A stretch of DNA of 64,000 nucleotides from Lingula anatina (taxonomy: Eukaryota > Animalia > Brachiopoda), in contig CM120642.1 in the NCBI GenBank assembly GCA_051362555.1, forward strand, positions 13,268,001-13,332,000, written 5' to 3'. Position numbers and translations under genes: made by a program. Positions within the stretch are counted from its first letter, which is position 1, and every line of letters starts with the position of its first letter. Shown here piece by piece: positions 50,582-64,000 of this stretch. The notes beneath the pieces were generated by a model. That model did no database searches, was not told where the DNA came from, and saw only the letters and a list, made by a program, of their open reading frames with translations.

Positions 50582-52028
50582 TGTAGTGTAGTTGTATTAG
50601 AGAGCTTTACAGACATCTTATGGATTTGAAATGAAAAAAGAGATACATAAAATTGGATGGCTATTGACGTATTGTTTGTACATGCCGATTTTAGAGAAGA
50701 AGGCATATTATCCACCCTGACTTTAAATTACAACAGGGATCCAAGAGCTCCTTTTTCGGACGAAACACAGGCCTTAGCTAGTTGTTGAAACATAAGGAGG
50801 TTAAAGTCACTCTCCTGGATCAGCTGCTTTGACAAAACACATATGTATGTGGAAATTTGAAACATTGCAAGTGCTGTGACCAAGTTTATATTGGACATTT
50901 TGTTTGGAAGTGATCACTGTTTCATGTGTTTGTCTGCTTATGCAGTGTTTGGTATGCTGTTCTGTAGTCTATGACTAGTAAAAATATAAAATGATGATAT
51001 TAATCTTTATTTTAACTAAAGACCTGCTTTATCTCATGAAATATTGAGATCCAAGCATGGAGTTTGTATGACTTTCTAAGATATTAGTAAATACCTCCTT
51101 ACAGTATATACATATGCAATATTTAGTGGGTAGTTTCATTTTGTGGGAGATGGTGTCACTTGTCACTTTGAAATTGTCTGGTGATCTATGTGATGTTTAA
51201 ATTCTCTGCTGAACAAAAGATGATGTTCATTTTACTGTAAATAATAAAGTAATGTAAAGTATAAAATAATAAAGATAAATGAAAAGTATGATATGGAGTA
51301 AGCTGTTTTGGATTTGAATTTTAATTAGGATAGGGGAGCTAGAAATATATTTTTGAATAGATTTGCATGATATGCAAGATAATTCGGAATGTGCTGATGT
51401 GAAAAAGGCATGCTGGAGCAAGGAAGAAAATTATTCCTCAATAAAAGAAAAAAATCTGGTTTCTATCTCAGATTGACAACCAGAGTCAATCCACAGTCTG
51501 CTAGGACAGTCTGGACCACTTACAAGTAAAATAAAGCTTTAAAAATTCCAGAACCACCAAATGACCCTCTGTTGCAACCAAGCTTCATCGGTACATCTGC
51601 ATTGTGTGTTTGCATAAAAATATCACTGTTGTTTTAATGCACTGCAATGAATGCAATTTATATTAAACATGATTAAAGGACGTTTTTTTAAAATCAAAAT
51701 GGCATATAACTAAAAAAAAAAAAAATATTGGCAGACCAAGTTAGATTGCAAACCTATTATAAGGAAAGCGATTGTGCTCGGATGTTCTCAGCTAGCACAT
51801 TTGTCTCACCTGACATTTCACCGTGTTGCCCATAATGACAATACCTTTCTTCTAGAAATTGTCGTGATCAGCTGATGGTAAGCTTAGCATGTAATGCGTA
51901 GCCCGTGGTACTTAACATGTGTTCTTTTATTTAATTGATAGAAAAAATACTATTGCCAAGGAGTAAAAATTACACCCAGTGTCTAGTGCATGAATGAAGA
52001 ATAGGGGGAATCCTGGTTGATAATATCT

Positions 52029-52038
52029 GTCACGTGAC
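52029..52038. promoter_or_regulatory. Perfect GTCACGTGAC E-box (USF/TFEB-type) upstream of the GRXCR-like ATG
   Basis: Palindrome about 70 bp before ATG 52111, in a CpG-richer island. Confidence 0.4.
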
Positions 52039-52110
52039 CAACTAGCAGCTGGGAACTCCACCCGCAACACATGCCAAGCACTGTCACAGTTGGTGAGGAA
52101 ATCAGGAAGC

Positions 52111-55100
52111 ATGTCCGCTACAGATAAACGGAGGAGAAAATCTCCAGACTGGTTAAGAATCTTCAGAGACACGGCGCATTGTGAACTAGACCAAGTTGAG
52201 GACACTAAAAGTGAGAAGAAGGCGCCGGTTACTATAATCGACACAATAGATCGAACAGATATAGTGGAGTGCGGCAGGTTTCAAAATGGCTATGCGCCGC
52301 CTGTACAGTCAAAACCACAGAATCGTAGTCCCGAACAGAAAAGTCGAAAGGTGACAAAAAACCACCATCCGAAGCCATTAAAAGATCCAGAAAATGGGGA
52401 AGATAGTAGACCCCACGTGAAAAATATTTTCAACGAACATTTCTATGTGAACGGGTTTGCCGATGAGAGCGTGGAGGACGGTAAAAATGGCAAAAGCTCA
52501 ATTTTTGCCGGCCGGAGGGACATGTTGAACACGTCGGCGCTGGAAGAACACATTATTGTTAGTGGCAAGGGGACTGTTCGGGGTTTCAAAAACAGGGTAC
52601 GGGCAGGCATTGTCACGTTTCTGGAACAGCAAGATAAAAACAAGGTAGGAACACCTGTATTGATTTTCTATGTCAAAAGCAGTGAAGTCTACGTAAAGGG
52701 CAGAGCATTATGTTATGAAATGGATGTTAAGAGTAGGCATTATTTTCGCCCTATTTTGTTATAAACAGAATATGTTCACAGTTTTTAAGTATCAAACAAA
52801 AAGGTGGAATTTGTTGAATTGTTACCAAACTGTCCATGTCTCGCTCCATAATGGGAAGTTACGTGCGAAAACGATCACTTTTTGCCAAATACCCACAGTT
52901 ATTTACAAGACGTGTTCAATTAGAGAGCTAACAATAGAGCGCTAGCCCTGATCGTGATCGTTAGATTAAATCTGTTCAATAAGGAAGCAAATTAATCTGT
53001 TCAGATAAAAAATGAACTGATTAATTTGTTTTTCCAAATTTTCTTGGCTGTCTGTTTTGATTATTGAAGATAAAAAGAAGAGAGGAGTAAGTGTACTTGT
53101 ATTAAGTGTCAACCCAGAACCTATTATAATACCCTAGCACAGCCACCGCAGAGCTCAAAGATTGTCAACCAGGAAGAACTGTTGATTCCATACCTTTGCA
53201 TCCCACCTAACAGTCTTGTTTATAAAAAATCTGGGCTGATGACACGCAATTGTGTCACTTCAGTTGACTTAGCACTATCTTATCAGTGAAACATGAGTCT
53301 TTATTGGAATAAAACTGGTACCAGGGAGAAATGCACATGATACTAATGTGGGATTACTAAAGATGAAATCTAGGGTTGTAAAAAGTAGAAGTTTACCTTG
53401 GGATTCAAAATTTTCTTCCTGCTTTTCTCTTGAAAGTAGGTTAGGCTTAGAAAAAAAACTAAAATTCATAGTGGCTTTGCAATACAGGATACTTGTACAA
53501 AATTGCAGTCAATTAGTTTTTAGGAAATTTGCTTGGAATTCCTTAATATATGTGTATTCAGTTTTCATATATGTACCAGTGTTCTGAAAAGTCTTCAGAA
53601 GTCAAGCATAGCCTTTTAGAAATACAACTTAATAAAGACGAGTAGCCTATTTTATTCTTTGAGATAGGTGATCCCAGGTAAATCAAATAAGAGGTTTTCC
53701 AAAAGTTAAGAACATGAGAAACATAATATGTAAGTACCTTAATAGCCTTTTATATTTGCAACTCTGTTGACACTTCTACTCTTACTGGAAAAGGTCCAGT
53801 CAGAGAGAGAGGGACAGAGAGGGGGGGGGGGGGGTCCCATTCAGTATGTCTGACTAAAAAACCACTGATAGGCACCCACTTACCAAACAAGGTAAATGAT
53901 AATGTATACCTAGCAACCACATAATGTCCTTTGTATTAGACAATTAGTCAGAAGTTTGTCACCCCCCCCCAAAAAAAAGGTTCCTATATCATCAAGATTC
54001 ATAATTTGTCCCAGCCATATTTAATTTTTTGTTAAATGAAGACCTTGAAAAACTAAGGAAAATGATTTTTAATAGGAATGCATAGAATTCATGTTAGATT
54101 GATGAAGTTGTCAACCATGTTGGAGCGAATTAATTTTAATCTTACTTGAAACCAGTAGTACATGCAAGGCTGTCATTGATAATGGACATTTTAATTGCTT
54201 GATCCGTCTCTGTCTAATTTTTCATGCAGTATTCTAGCAGACTAAAAGTAACAATGACATCTCCTTATGTCTGCGATCTTAATAGGCGCCTGCACACAAC
54301 GCTGCGGTGTTCACACTGTTAACAAGTTGTTCTTCAAAAAGAACATATGATTGTTAGCGACTGTCTGGACACTTTGTAGCTTTGACATTAAATTGCGTTA
54401 TTATTGTAATTATTGTTTTACTAATGGATGTCTGCATGCATCCGGTTTTCTCTTTGTGACAGTATTTAATATAAAATCAATATAATTTTTTGACTGTTTT
54501 ATCAAAGAATTAAAGTCTAAAGTTGGGGAGACCAGACAAATATTAGTCTATTTTATCCTTGGATAAATCATGAGCAGTCCTCTGCAAAAAAGCTTCTTTT
54601 TCAATTAGTGATCTTTTTTTTTTTTTTAATCAGATGTCCCAATTAAGTGGGAAACATCTTATTCAGCCTGTGATAAAATAGACCAAAATTTACAAAATTG
54701 GTTTTAAAGTTAAAAACAACAACTTGCTTCAAATTCCTTTCAAGCACTTGCCCCTACATACATTATTAGAGCTGCTCTAACAGTATAATATTCCATGTAT
54801 GGCAACACAACAATGGCGATTATATAGTTGTCTGCACATTCTTGATGGCATAAATGCCAATGCTGAAAGTGCATCAACAACATATTACTGTATGGGTTTC
54901 TTGGCTCATCAGAAGTAATAAACTAGCAGTTGGCCTGACATTGCATGTGGATGAAATAAACTTTTCCATTATTAATGTCAATTTCATTGATTAGTTTAGT
55001 GGTCAGAATGCAAGATCATTAGGCCTAATCAAATGGAAGGTTTGTTTGCCCACAAACCAGTGCTTGGTTTACATTATATTCTAGTAATTGAGTCATCAAT

Positions 55101-58100
55101 GTTTGTGTGTGTTATCTGTAAATGAAGGGATTTATACAATTTTTCAACAAGCTTTATCTCACATTTAATCTGCTTATGATTTGAAACAGTGGGTTAAAGA
55201 CATAACTTTAAATAATCAGTCTCTCTCGACTCAGTTTAATTTGTAATCAGACGTACTAGTACAGGTAAACTGACAATAGTTTTTAAGTTTTTTTTATTGT
55301 AATTTGTATTTTATAATTGAAATTTGTTCTTTAGAAAAAACTGTTTAACAAGAAAAAATTGAAAACTGAATACATAATGATATATATATATATATGAATG
55401 GTCTTGGTTGTGACAGATTCACCAGCAGTGTTTTATTACCCAGGGAGTCACACCTATGTTAAAATCAATAGGTGCAATATTTCATGTCAATATGCTGTGT
55501 TTGTGTGCAGCAAAGGGCTGAGAGATAATACTTAATAGACATGAAGTCACATTCTTAGGTTGCAGAGTAACCAATGTGCATTAAAGGTTTAATTAACTCT
55601 TTGAATCTGTAAAGTCAACTATTCGAAAATGTTCAATACTTTCTGTATGATTCTACATACTGCATATTGATGAAGCTGCTTTGCTGAAGATTTGTAAAAA
55701 AAATTCATCATCATTATTTCAATACTTCTATTAGAGAACAATGATTAAAGTAGTGCCCCTCTTCCCTCACTTTTAAAATATTTGGACCATATTGTCATTT
55801 TTAACTGCAATTGACCAAACCTGAATATCAAATACTCAGGCAGGGTTTTTATTTCACCTGTAATAAGGAAGGTATGCTGGTACATAAGGTGTGTATGTAT
55901 AATATTGATGAGTGTGCCTTACCTTTTATACTGGTGGTGGTCAAAGTGCCACAAAGTTAAGAATTTGTTACCAAAAGGAATTTACTGTTACAATTATAGC
56001 AACAATGTATCCACTTAGGGCTACAATGTGGGGTATGCCACTAGAGTAATTCAACCTGGATATTACCTGTGAAATCAATCTGTATTAATATTACTGTTAT
56101 CTTGTGCTATCTGCCCCTGCAGGATGATAATGAAGGTATCCAGGTAGGTATATCTTGGCTCTGTGTGGAAGTTACGTCTTCATTATATTTATACGTATCA
56201 CATGCACACACAGTATGGGGAACAGTATCACCTGATTCTAAACTAGCATTGTAATTCCTCCAGAACTACTCTTAGACTGCATATGATGAAACACATAAAA
56301 TAAATTTTATGAAAAAATTAAAATATTCAGGCATAAACAGCCTCATTCTCTTTATGCACTTTGTTTCATTATCAGAAATACTAAATCTCTTTTCATTTCC
56401 AAATTTTTTTGAGTCCCGACATCATTTATAAAAGTCTTCCCCCTGTCCTTGTAGTGGTTGGTACAGGCAAATGGCGTAAAGCATTCAGGTGACAGTGTTC
56501 TCATGTATCATGTGGTCTGTGTGCTGCACCTCTACTTAAAGCACATTCACAACCAGTCTAAATTGGACCTGTAATGAACTAATTGATGTCACTCAAGACC
56601 ACCAGACTTTGTGGAGACTTCTTTTTCCATATTAGCAATCTGGCCATGTAGTGATATCATTTAGTCTATTCCGACACTAAACAAAGTCGAGTTTACATTG
56701 AAAATAGGTCAGTTCTTTCCACTGGTCATCTGATTTAGCCAAAATTACAAATAAAATCCCTCTGGTCTCTGAAGCCAGTCCCTTGCAGAACCCAAAGATG
56801 AGCATGGTGATTGACCAGAGAGTAGAGGGATTGTTTTGGGCGGCTATTAGTGTAGCTGATAAGGAACATGCAGATAAGGGTTGAAAGGAGAAAAGTTGAC
56901 TTATCTTCAATGTAATTGCGACTTCTGTGGTTGTGAACATTGTGCCAGTGTTCACATAGTACTCTATCACACTGATTAGTTAATTAGTGAAGCCTAGAGA
57001 TCACAACGGTCACTGGTATTACTACCAAGGGGCACATTGTATATATGACCATTAAGATAATCATCATTTTGTGTTTATGAATTGATGTCATGTTGATTAA
57101 ATGGATGATGGGAATGCAGTTTTATGTCATCGGGTATTTAAATAGAGAAGTTGATTGTAGAAATATATAGTTCATTGAAGGGTCAATCTAGCATATATAT
57201 GTTTTTAACTAAATTAATTGTATTTTTTACCATAAATGTAAAAGAAATTAAACCCCTTGACACAATTTTGATGAATTATTTTTCATAGTATGATAGATAA
57301 TTTGAACAAATTGTGTCAATAACTTTTTAAATCAGAGTCTATTATCTTCAGAATTAGTGGAATGACAATCATATATTATGCTATTCTGAGCCTAGATGCC
57401 TTTTTTGTATTTTTTTATTCATTGTGACATATCTTTCTTAGGTAGAGAGGGCGAAATTTTACTTGTCTCTTTACATGGAAAATGTCATTTTTATAACTGC
57501 ACATTCAGTTGGTATTTTTACCTTTATCTTTATTTATGATAAAATGTGTTGTGGGATTTCTCTGTTTTCTATTTTACTCTTTTTCACTCTACATGCATAT
57601 TGATCAGTTTTGTGTTTTCTGTGTACACTGTTTATACAAATTTTGAAATGATTCATTACTGATTTAGAAGGAAAATGCTGTGGTAACTTTGTGTCACGAT
57701 ATGTCCATGCATTACAAGAAATTCTGAAAAGCATCTCATGCATTTGTAGTAAAACCATCAGAGTATATTTTGGAATGATGATATTAATTTTTCTTAAGAT
57801 ACAGAACTAAAGAATTTATTATTTCTCAATTAATCTCTCCATTTACTGTCCAAAATGAGTATGAAATCCTGTCACTTAAAAATTTTCTTGCTTAATGCAA
57901 AATCAACAGTATACATGAGACTCACTATGTAATGTCTCACCTACAATAGGTGTCTTTTTGCCTTAATGTTATCATTAGCAATAATTATAAGTGGAATTAA
58001 GGAAGACATTCCTAATGTCTCATTTTAAAACTTTTGTGATGTTGCAATTATCTGGTCTGACGATCATACCTGCACACAGTAGAGGCAGTTATAAAAGAGT

Positions 58101-59722
58101 AGCAGTTATATAATTATTCACGTTTTAATGTATAACATTTCACTAAATTGATTGTTTGCATGTTAACACTTATTATGCCAGTTTTGTACCTCACACAGCT
58201 TGGTAAATTTTTGTCTTTTTTTGTGCCATGTGATGAACACATGTTATGTGTGAATTAAACTTCGTATTGTTGATCTGAAGAATGTAAATTTAATTTTTAC
58301 TCAGTTGTAATGAGATGAGGTGAATTGTCAATGAAACATTAAAGTAGATTTTGTTGTAATTTAAAACTAAATAGTTATAAGACTTGTCCAATAACTTTTG
58401 CCTCTTATTTTTGGCATGTAGTGAAGGAGAAAAAAGTCATGTAAGAAGTGGATTAATCTTTGTGTAATCTGGTTTGCATAATGGCAATTGATGGTAGAAG
58501 TCTGAGAAAGTTAACAGACAGTGCTTGGAAACTGCAGCATCACAGGCAACCTATTAGCAGCACATTACGTTTGCCCTCTCACTGTCTCTGAACCTTAAGA
58601 GATATAAATGGTGAACTTGACTATTATAGCCACGGGTGGGAAGGCATAGACTTACTTTAATGGTGGCAAACTAGGACATTAATGGCCCTTAAATGGGTTG
58701 TATTTTTATGAGAACTTTTATGTGACGTGAAACGGTTTAGGACAAGAATATTGTATTGGTGGGGTGAGAATTAATTAAATAGAGGGCAACTTTTTCAATT
58801 TGTATTGATGGAACTTGATTGCGAGGATGGTATATTTATCTGATCCAAACTTATACAATATTGTATTTAATAAAGTGTGTCATATAAATAGATAGGAGAT
58901 TTTACACTTGAATGGACTTTTATTATTGTATACATGTCATGTAGACAAATTTTAGGTGTTGTTAGTTTTCCTTTCATCTTTGAAAGGAAATAAAGTTATA
59001 GCGGTGATTTAAATCCATGCATCAATGCAATTTTTTTTATTACAAATAAATTTTGATAATGAAATTAAATGTTTGCATGCTCTTATTGTCCTTGCACAAA
59101 TTTCTTTTGTAAAATGGCTATCTGTAAACTAAATATTGTCAAAGTTTGTGTATATGATGGAAATAACATGTATGACATTTTGTAAGACAAAAATCAGATT
59201 TTCTTCCTTTTGTACCATGTATTGATTTCTTGATTCCGCACTTGGAATAATTCTGAGAAAACTGTATCATTAACTGGTAACACCTTGCATTAATATGTGC
59301 AACATGTTTGATGATTTTATTTTTTCCTTGAAATTTCATCTGCTTAATTTGATTTTAATGCTGACTGGCAGGAAGACAGTAACACATTTGGCATCCTTTC
59401 CCATTTGTTTCTTAATGGTGTCTCAATTCCACCTTAATGCATGTGACAATTATAATGGCAAATGTACTTTTCCTTTTCTTTCCAGAAAAATTACAAAGTC
59501 CTCGAGAAAGGAAAAATAGTGGTGTATACAACCACAATGAGAATTATAAGAGACACATACGAAAAATGTCAAAAAGTGAGATATATTCTACAAAACCACA
59601 TGGTCCGCTTTGAGGAAAAAGATGTGTTTATGAACCGAGATCACCAGAAGGAACTGATAGAGAGGCTGGGGGAGGACGAGGTCACAGTGCCGCAGGTGTT
59701 TGCTGATGGAGTCTTGCTTGGG
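52111..59722 (+). CDS. Glutaredoxin domain-containing cysteine-rich protein (GRXCR1/CG31559-like), 5' part; 3' exons not found in the window
   Basis: Exon 52111-52644 ending GKGTVRGFKNRVRAGIVTFLEQQDKNK|gtagga. Exon 59486-59722 KNYKVLEKGKIVVYTTTMRIIRDTYEKCQKVRYILQNHMVRFEEKDVFMN...VTVPQVFADGVLLG|gtaaga is the GRX-like domain. Both junctions are phase 0. Confidence 0.85.
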
Positions 59723-61486
59723 GTAAGATGATTACTGTAACCTTTTCTCAAGGTTCAAAATTAATGGGAAATTTAAGTTAACAGATATATATTTTAAAGT
59801 GTTTTTTTTATTAACCTGGTATGGATGAGCCTGAAAAAAAAAAGATGAAAACCTATCTCATTGATAATTTTGATTATATGAATGAATTTTTTTATTTTTC
59901 TGAGCAACTTTCTTGATTTTTCCAAGTGTTTATGGATTTTGTTTTACAAGAAGTACAGTGAAATTATAAAGAAATCCATTGGTCATGTATGCAAATATTA
60001 TAAAACCATAAAATCCTGTCCCCTCCCTATACTACTGTGTCATTTATCAATGCCTTGCAACTAATAAAAGCAAAAATTAAGTAAATAGAGTTTATTGATT
60101 TTTGCCAAGTTAAGTTAATCATATTCCAGTGATTAATGACAGCCTTGGGTGCCATTAGACCTAGTCACTGGATTGGGGTGTGACAGTATTTGTGACAAAG
60201 TTGCTGTTGACAGTTGGGGTGACGTACAAATAGATGTGGTCAGACTGACCTCTGGTGGGCATATTGTTTATCTGCTACAAATTTGTCTGTGAATGTGGTC
60301 ATATTGATTTGTCTGTTTCTTATATATATATATGCAGATTCCCAAGGCCCATGATTAAAGCACTGTCCTTTTCTTTCTTTTTTTATTTGCCAATCAAGAT
60401 TTGTTCATTGGCTCAAATGACTTTTGTTGACATTTTTTTCAGCATTTAGCTAAAATATGGCTAATGCAAACCCTGGGTTTATATCATCAAATTATCTGTC
60501 ATGGTCAAAACAGAGGGCAGTAACTATTTCATGTTAATTCTTTTTTTTTTCATGTGGCAATGGATTGCTGATTTTTTTTTTTTTTTTTTTACGTGGGTTG
60601 ACCAACTATGCCAGCATATCAAAACCAAAAATATTATCATCTCATGAAACCAGATACAATATCTTCTTATGACAGCCATTTATCAAAATTTGATCTTCTT
60701 AAATCTATGATAAACTTAATTAATACCTTCCCAATAACCAGGACATGGGCAATGAATCACTCATCTCACACCTACAGGTGTTGTGTGTCTTGTTGGCCAC
60801 AGATGACTCTGTCTGATTACAGAAAAAATTACACCTGACAGCACTATGCAACTGAGACCAGATTTTAGATTAGTTTAAAGAAAAGTGTTTAAGCTTTAAA
60901 ACTTGGAATTGGTGGTGGGGATGGAGATTAAAAAAAAAAGACCCCTTCCCGCTTTCTTCATTTCCTGATCTTTTCTTAAGCTCTGCCAGTGTATTGTATC
61001 TTATCAAAGCAGACATAATCATCAGTCTATCTGGGTTATATACAATGAGCCTAAAATACAGTGGGAATCAATACATTACCTATTACATTCTACCTGCGGC
61101 TGAATCTGAAAAAAATCAATAAATAATCCCAGGGCTAGATGAATTCCCCGTGTATGAAAGGACTGAGTGACTGATCATTCTGGTAAAAATAATTTCTGAA
61201 GCAGTTTGTAAATTACATCTAGTTATTTTTATTTCCTTGTTTCATTTTAGACATTAATCCACGCTTGGTAATGTGTGGTTGCAAAGAAATATGGGTCAAC
61301 CACAAATAGTTGAGTATTTGATCTTAGATTATGTGATGTCATCTATAAAACTATATACATTTTTGTTTTGAAGTTTTAAAAAGTGAAGAGATTTTGACAT
61401 ATAAAAATGCAATGGCAACAGTCTCTTGGAGATACTTTCTAATTAATATATGCAAATTTTAATGCTTAATTTTGATAAAGCCCCCC

Positions 61487-61529
<43 letters not shown>

Positions 61530-63319
61530 AATGGAAGAAGCACATCAGGCACAGCTGGATGTTATTTTTTTTTTTAAATCCCCAAGTGTCTGTTTGATTA
61601 CAAGGATTTTATCTCTAGGCTATACCTGAATGTCATCAGAATTGATAACACTGATATTCAAGTGTTCAGTTTGTATTTTCTATCTTAATCCAGGTGTGCG
61701 TCATTGGTGATTACAAGAGCTTCCTCATAAATCTTGCTATTTACATGGAATAGTCCTTCAAACCAGCTATTTCTGAACTTGCATTCCTATAAATTTTAGA
61801 GTGATACAAGTTGATGAATAAAACCTGTCACGTTCTAGAGAATCAAATTTATTCCCCAAATGTTCATGTCAAAGTAATAAGTACCTGACTAATTACTGAA
61901 TCAACTTTTGAGTCCCCATTTGTTTAACATGGCTGAGGGAGAGAGAGAGTAGCTTCTGTTATCCATTGACCTCACTTTGCCTCTGTCACTTAGGTGATGA
62001 TGTTTTTATTGCTTTCAAACTGATAGATAAGTATGATTGAGGCAATCATGTGCTTCGTTCAGAAGTTCCCCAATTATTTTACTATGAGGGCTTCATGACC
62101 CCAGATGAGTGGCCCAGGAGGGCTTGGGAGGGGGTTAATGGGGGTGGGAGTTTGGGGGGGGGGGTTGGATATTGCTTACTGGTATATATATCACCTACAG
62201 CTTTGGCCTAATCTGTTTGTTTTTGGGTCTCCAGTAGGTACTGGTAAATGATAGCTACTGTAAGATTTTTTGTCAGGTTTGGATGTCAAAGAATTATTAA
62301 TTTGATATATTTCAGTATTTAACCCAAAGTGTTCCAAAATGAAAAAACTGAAATAATATATATCAAATTAATAAAAATTAATAACTAAGTATTAGAAAAT
62401 CCAACTCAAAACTTTTAATGTAATTTTTAGAAATAAAAAAAAATTGGAATGTCTAAAACGGACTTGTATTTATTTTATTTAAAGACAAAACACAATATGT
62501 TTGACTGTAATAGTCTGTCACATTTGTGGGACAAACACCAAAGATATGATAGAACATCGCAGAGAACATCTTTAACCTATGGAGAATGGAACAGTAATTT
62601 CTAACATGGGTGGAGATGTGATGCAGAATTGATTGAAATTTTGAGTCCACAGTCGCAATATTCAAGCTGAGACATGGCCTAAATAGTTACATGTTCAAGA
62701 GAGACTCAAGATCAATGATTGTATACAATGAAGCAAAGATCAAAGTCTGATCCGAGATCAATACAATGCCATGTTGACATGTTACACTTTAGGTTGACCC
62801 GTACTGAGACAAATGGAGGGGAACGAGGTAAACTATTGATACTTTCCTATTGTCTTGTTACAAGCTGAGCTATTGACAGAACTTTGGCTTGTTTGCTCTC
62901 CAGGATAAGCGGGCTTGGTTGTGTTTACTGTTCTCTTACTGTAAGACGGCGAAGTGAGGATTGTAAACAAGGCAATCGTAAAAATGCAAAAGTGACGATA
63001 TTAAATTTGGTGGACCTCCAATAAAGGCATTCTTAATATAATTCATGCCCTCTCCTCCCCCTTCTTTTGTATAGAAGTCACTTTGTAGAAAGTAGGGTAC
63101 TAGATAATTTTGTTTTCATTTAACTACTTCACTACAGATCTAGCACTCTGGAGTATGTAAACTGTTTGAAATCTGGCTGATCATACTAATACTGTCAGTG
63201 ACAATCTGTTGACTACATTTTCCTTTTGCGTTTTCATTATGAATGGTTTATTGCAGATTTGAAATTATATAACAAGGCAGCAAAGCTGTCAAATGTACAG
63301 ACAAAGAACAGAAAATAAA

Positions 63320-64000
63320 GATGCAAATAAGTGAAAAATTAAATTTTCACAAAAAACTGTTAAATTGCCAGAAAAATTTACCAAACAGACTGTGTTGCCA
63401 ATTGAAGCTGTATGTTAGACCCATGTTTCTTTCCTGTAAGTTTGAGAACAGTAAGTGACATGATTTCCCTTAAATGGTCATCATAGGAGCAGTGCCCAAA
63501 ATAGGGGTTTCTTCAAATTTTGATGCAACATTACATAATGTTTAACAGCATAATGACAATCAAATGTTATTAATAAAATATTAGTAACATGGACATTCAG
63601 AAAATGTGACAAGCAAAAGTCTTCAAGATCATGGAACTTTAAAGTCACACCTTGAAAATGCCAATATGTGAAAAACTAAATTTTCACAAAAAACTGTTAA
63701 ACTGCCAAAAAAATAAATAAATAAATAAATAAAAATACCAAACAGACTGCATTGCCTACTGAAGCTGTATTTTAGTCCCATGTTTCTTTCCTGTAAGTTT
63801 GAGAACAGTAAGTGACATGATTTTCCTTAAATGGTCATCATGGAAGCAGTGCCCAAAATAGGGGTTTCTTCAAATTTTGATGCAATATTACATAATGTTT
63901 AACAGCTTAATGACCATCAATTTTTAATTATAAAATATTAGTATCACAGATATTCAGAAAATGTGACTAGCAAAGGTCTTCAGGCCCATGGAACTTCAAA
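63320..64000. repeat. ~340-bp tandem repeat, two copies, truncated by the window end
   Basis: AAATTTTCACAAAAAACTGTTAAA at 63341 and 63679; CCATGTTTCTTTCCTGTAAGTTTGAGAACAGTAAGTGACATG in both copies. The second copy has a (TAAA)n insertion. Confidence 0.88.

Overview
AT-rich, intron-rich animal genomic DNA; the repeat types suggest a marine invertebrate, probably a lophotrochozoan or mollusc (inference). Six spliced genes can be reconstructed by eye. (1) A 7-coding-exon ankyrin + death-fold-like + coiled-coil gene with a possible N-myristoylation start (2170-18173, +). Its 13-kb intron 4 holds a TTAA-flanked DNA element with nested foldbacks and an intact, very young BEL/Pao LTR retrotransposon (8345-16827). 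(2) Alpha-aspartyl dipeptidase / peptidase E (19987-22572, +). (3) Golgin-97/GOLGA1 (25675-42732, -), whose introns carry a Helentron-type non-autonomous element with about 12 x 146-bp repeats and (4) a nested antisense ankyrin gene with a 1-nt frameshift (33831-37282, +). (5) TMEM185 (45597-48983, +), divergent from GOLGA1. (6) A GRXCR-like glutaredoxin-domain gene that runs off the window (from 52111, +). Best leads: the BEL element has no tRNA-type primer-binding site and sits where it could split its host gene into ANK-only and death-fold-only products; the 146-bp array is a polymer of nuclear-receptor response elements; TAGGCCTA/TACATGTA palindromes look enriched, with TAGGCCTA clustered upstream of promoters; and two unrelated genes share a colinear upstream segment. 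No rRNA, tRNA or CRISPR was seen. All calls come from manual reading, with no database search.
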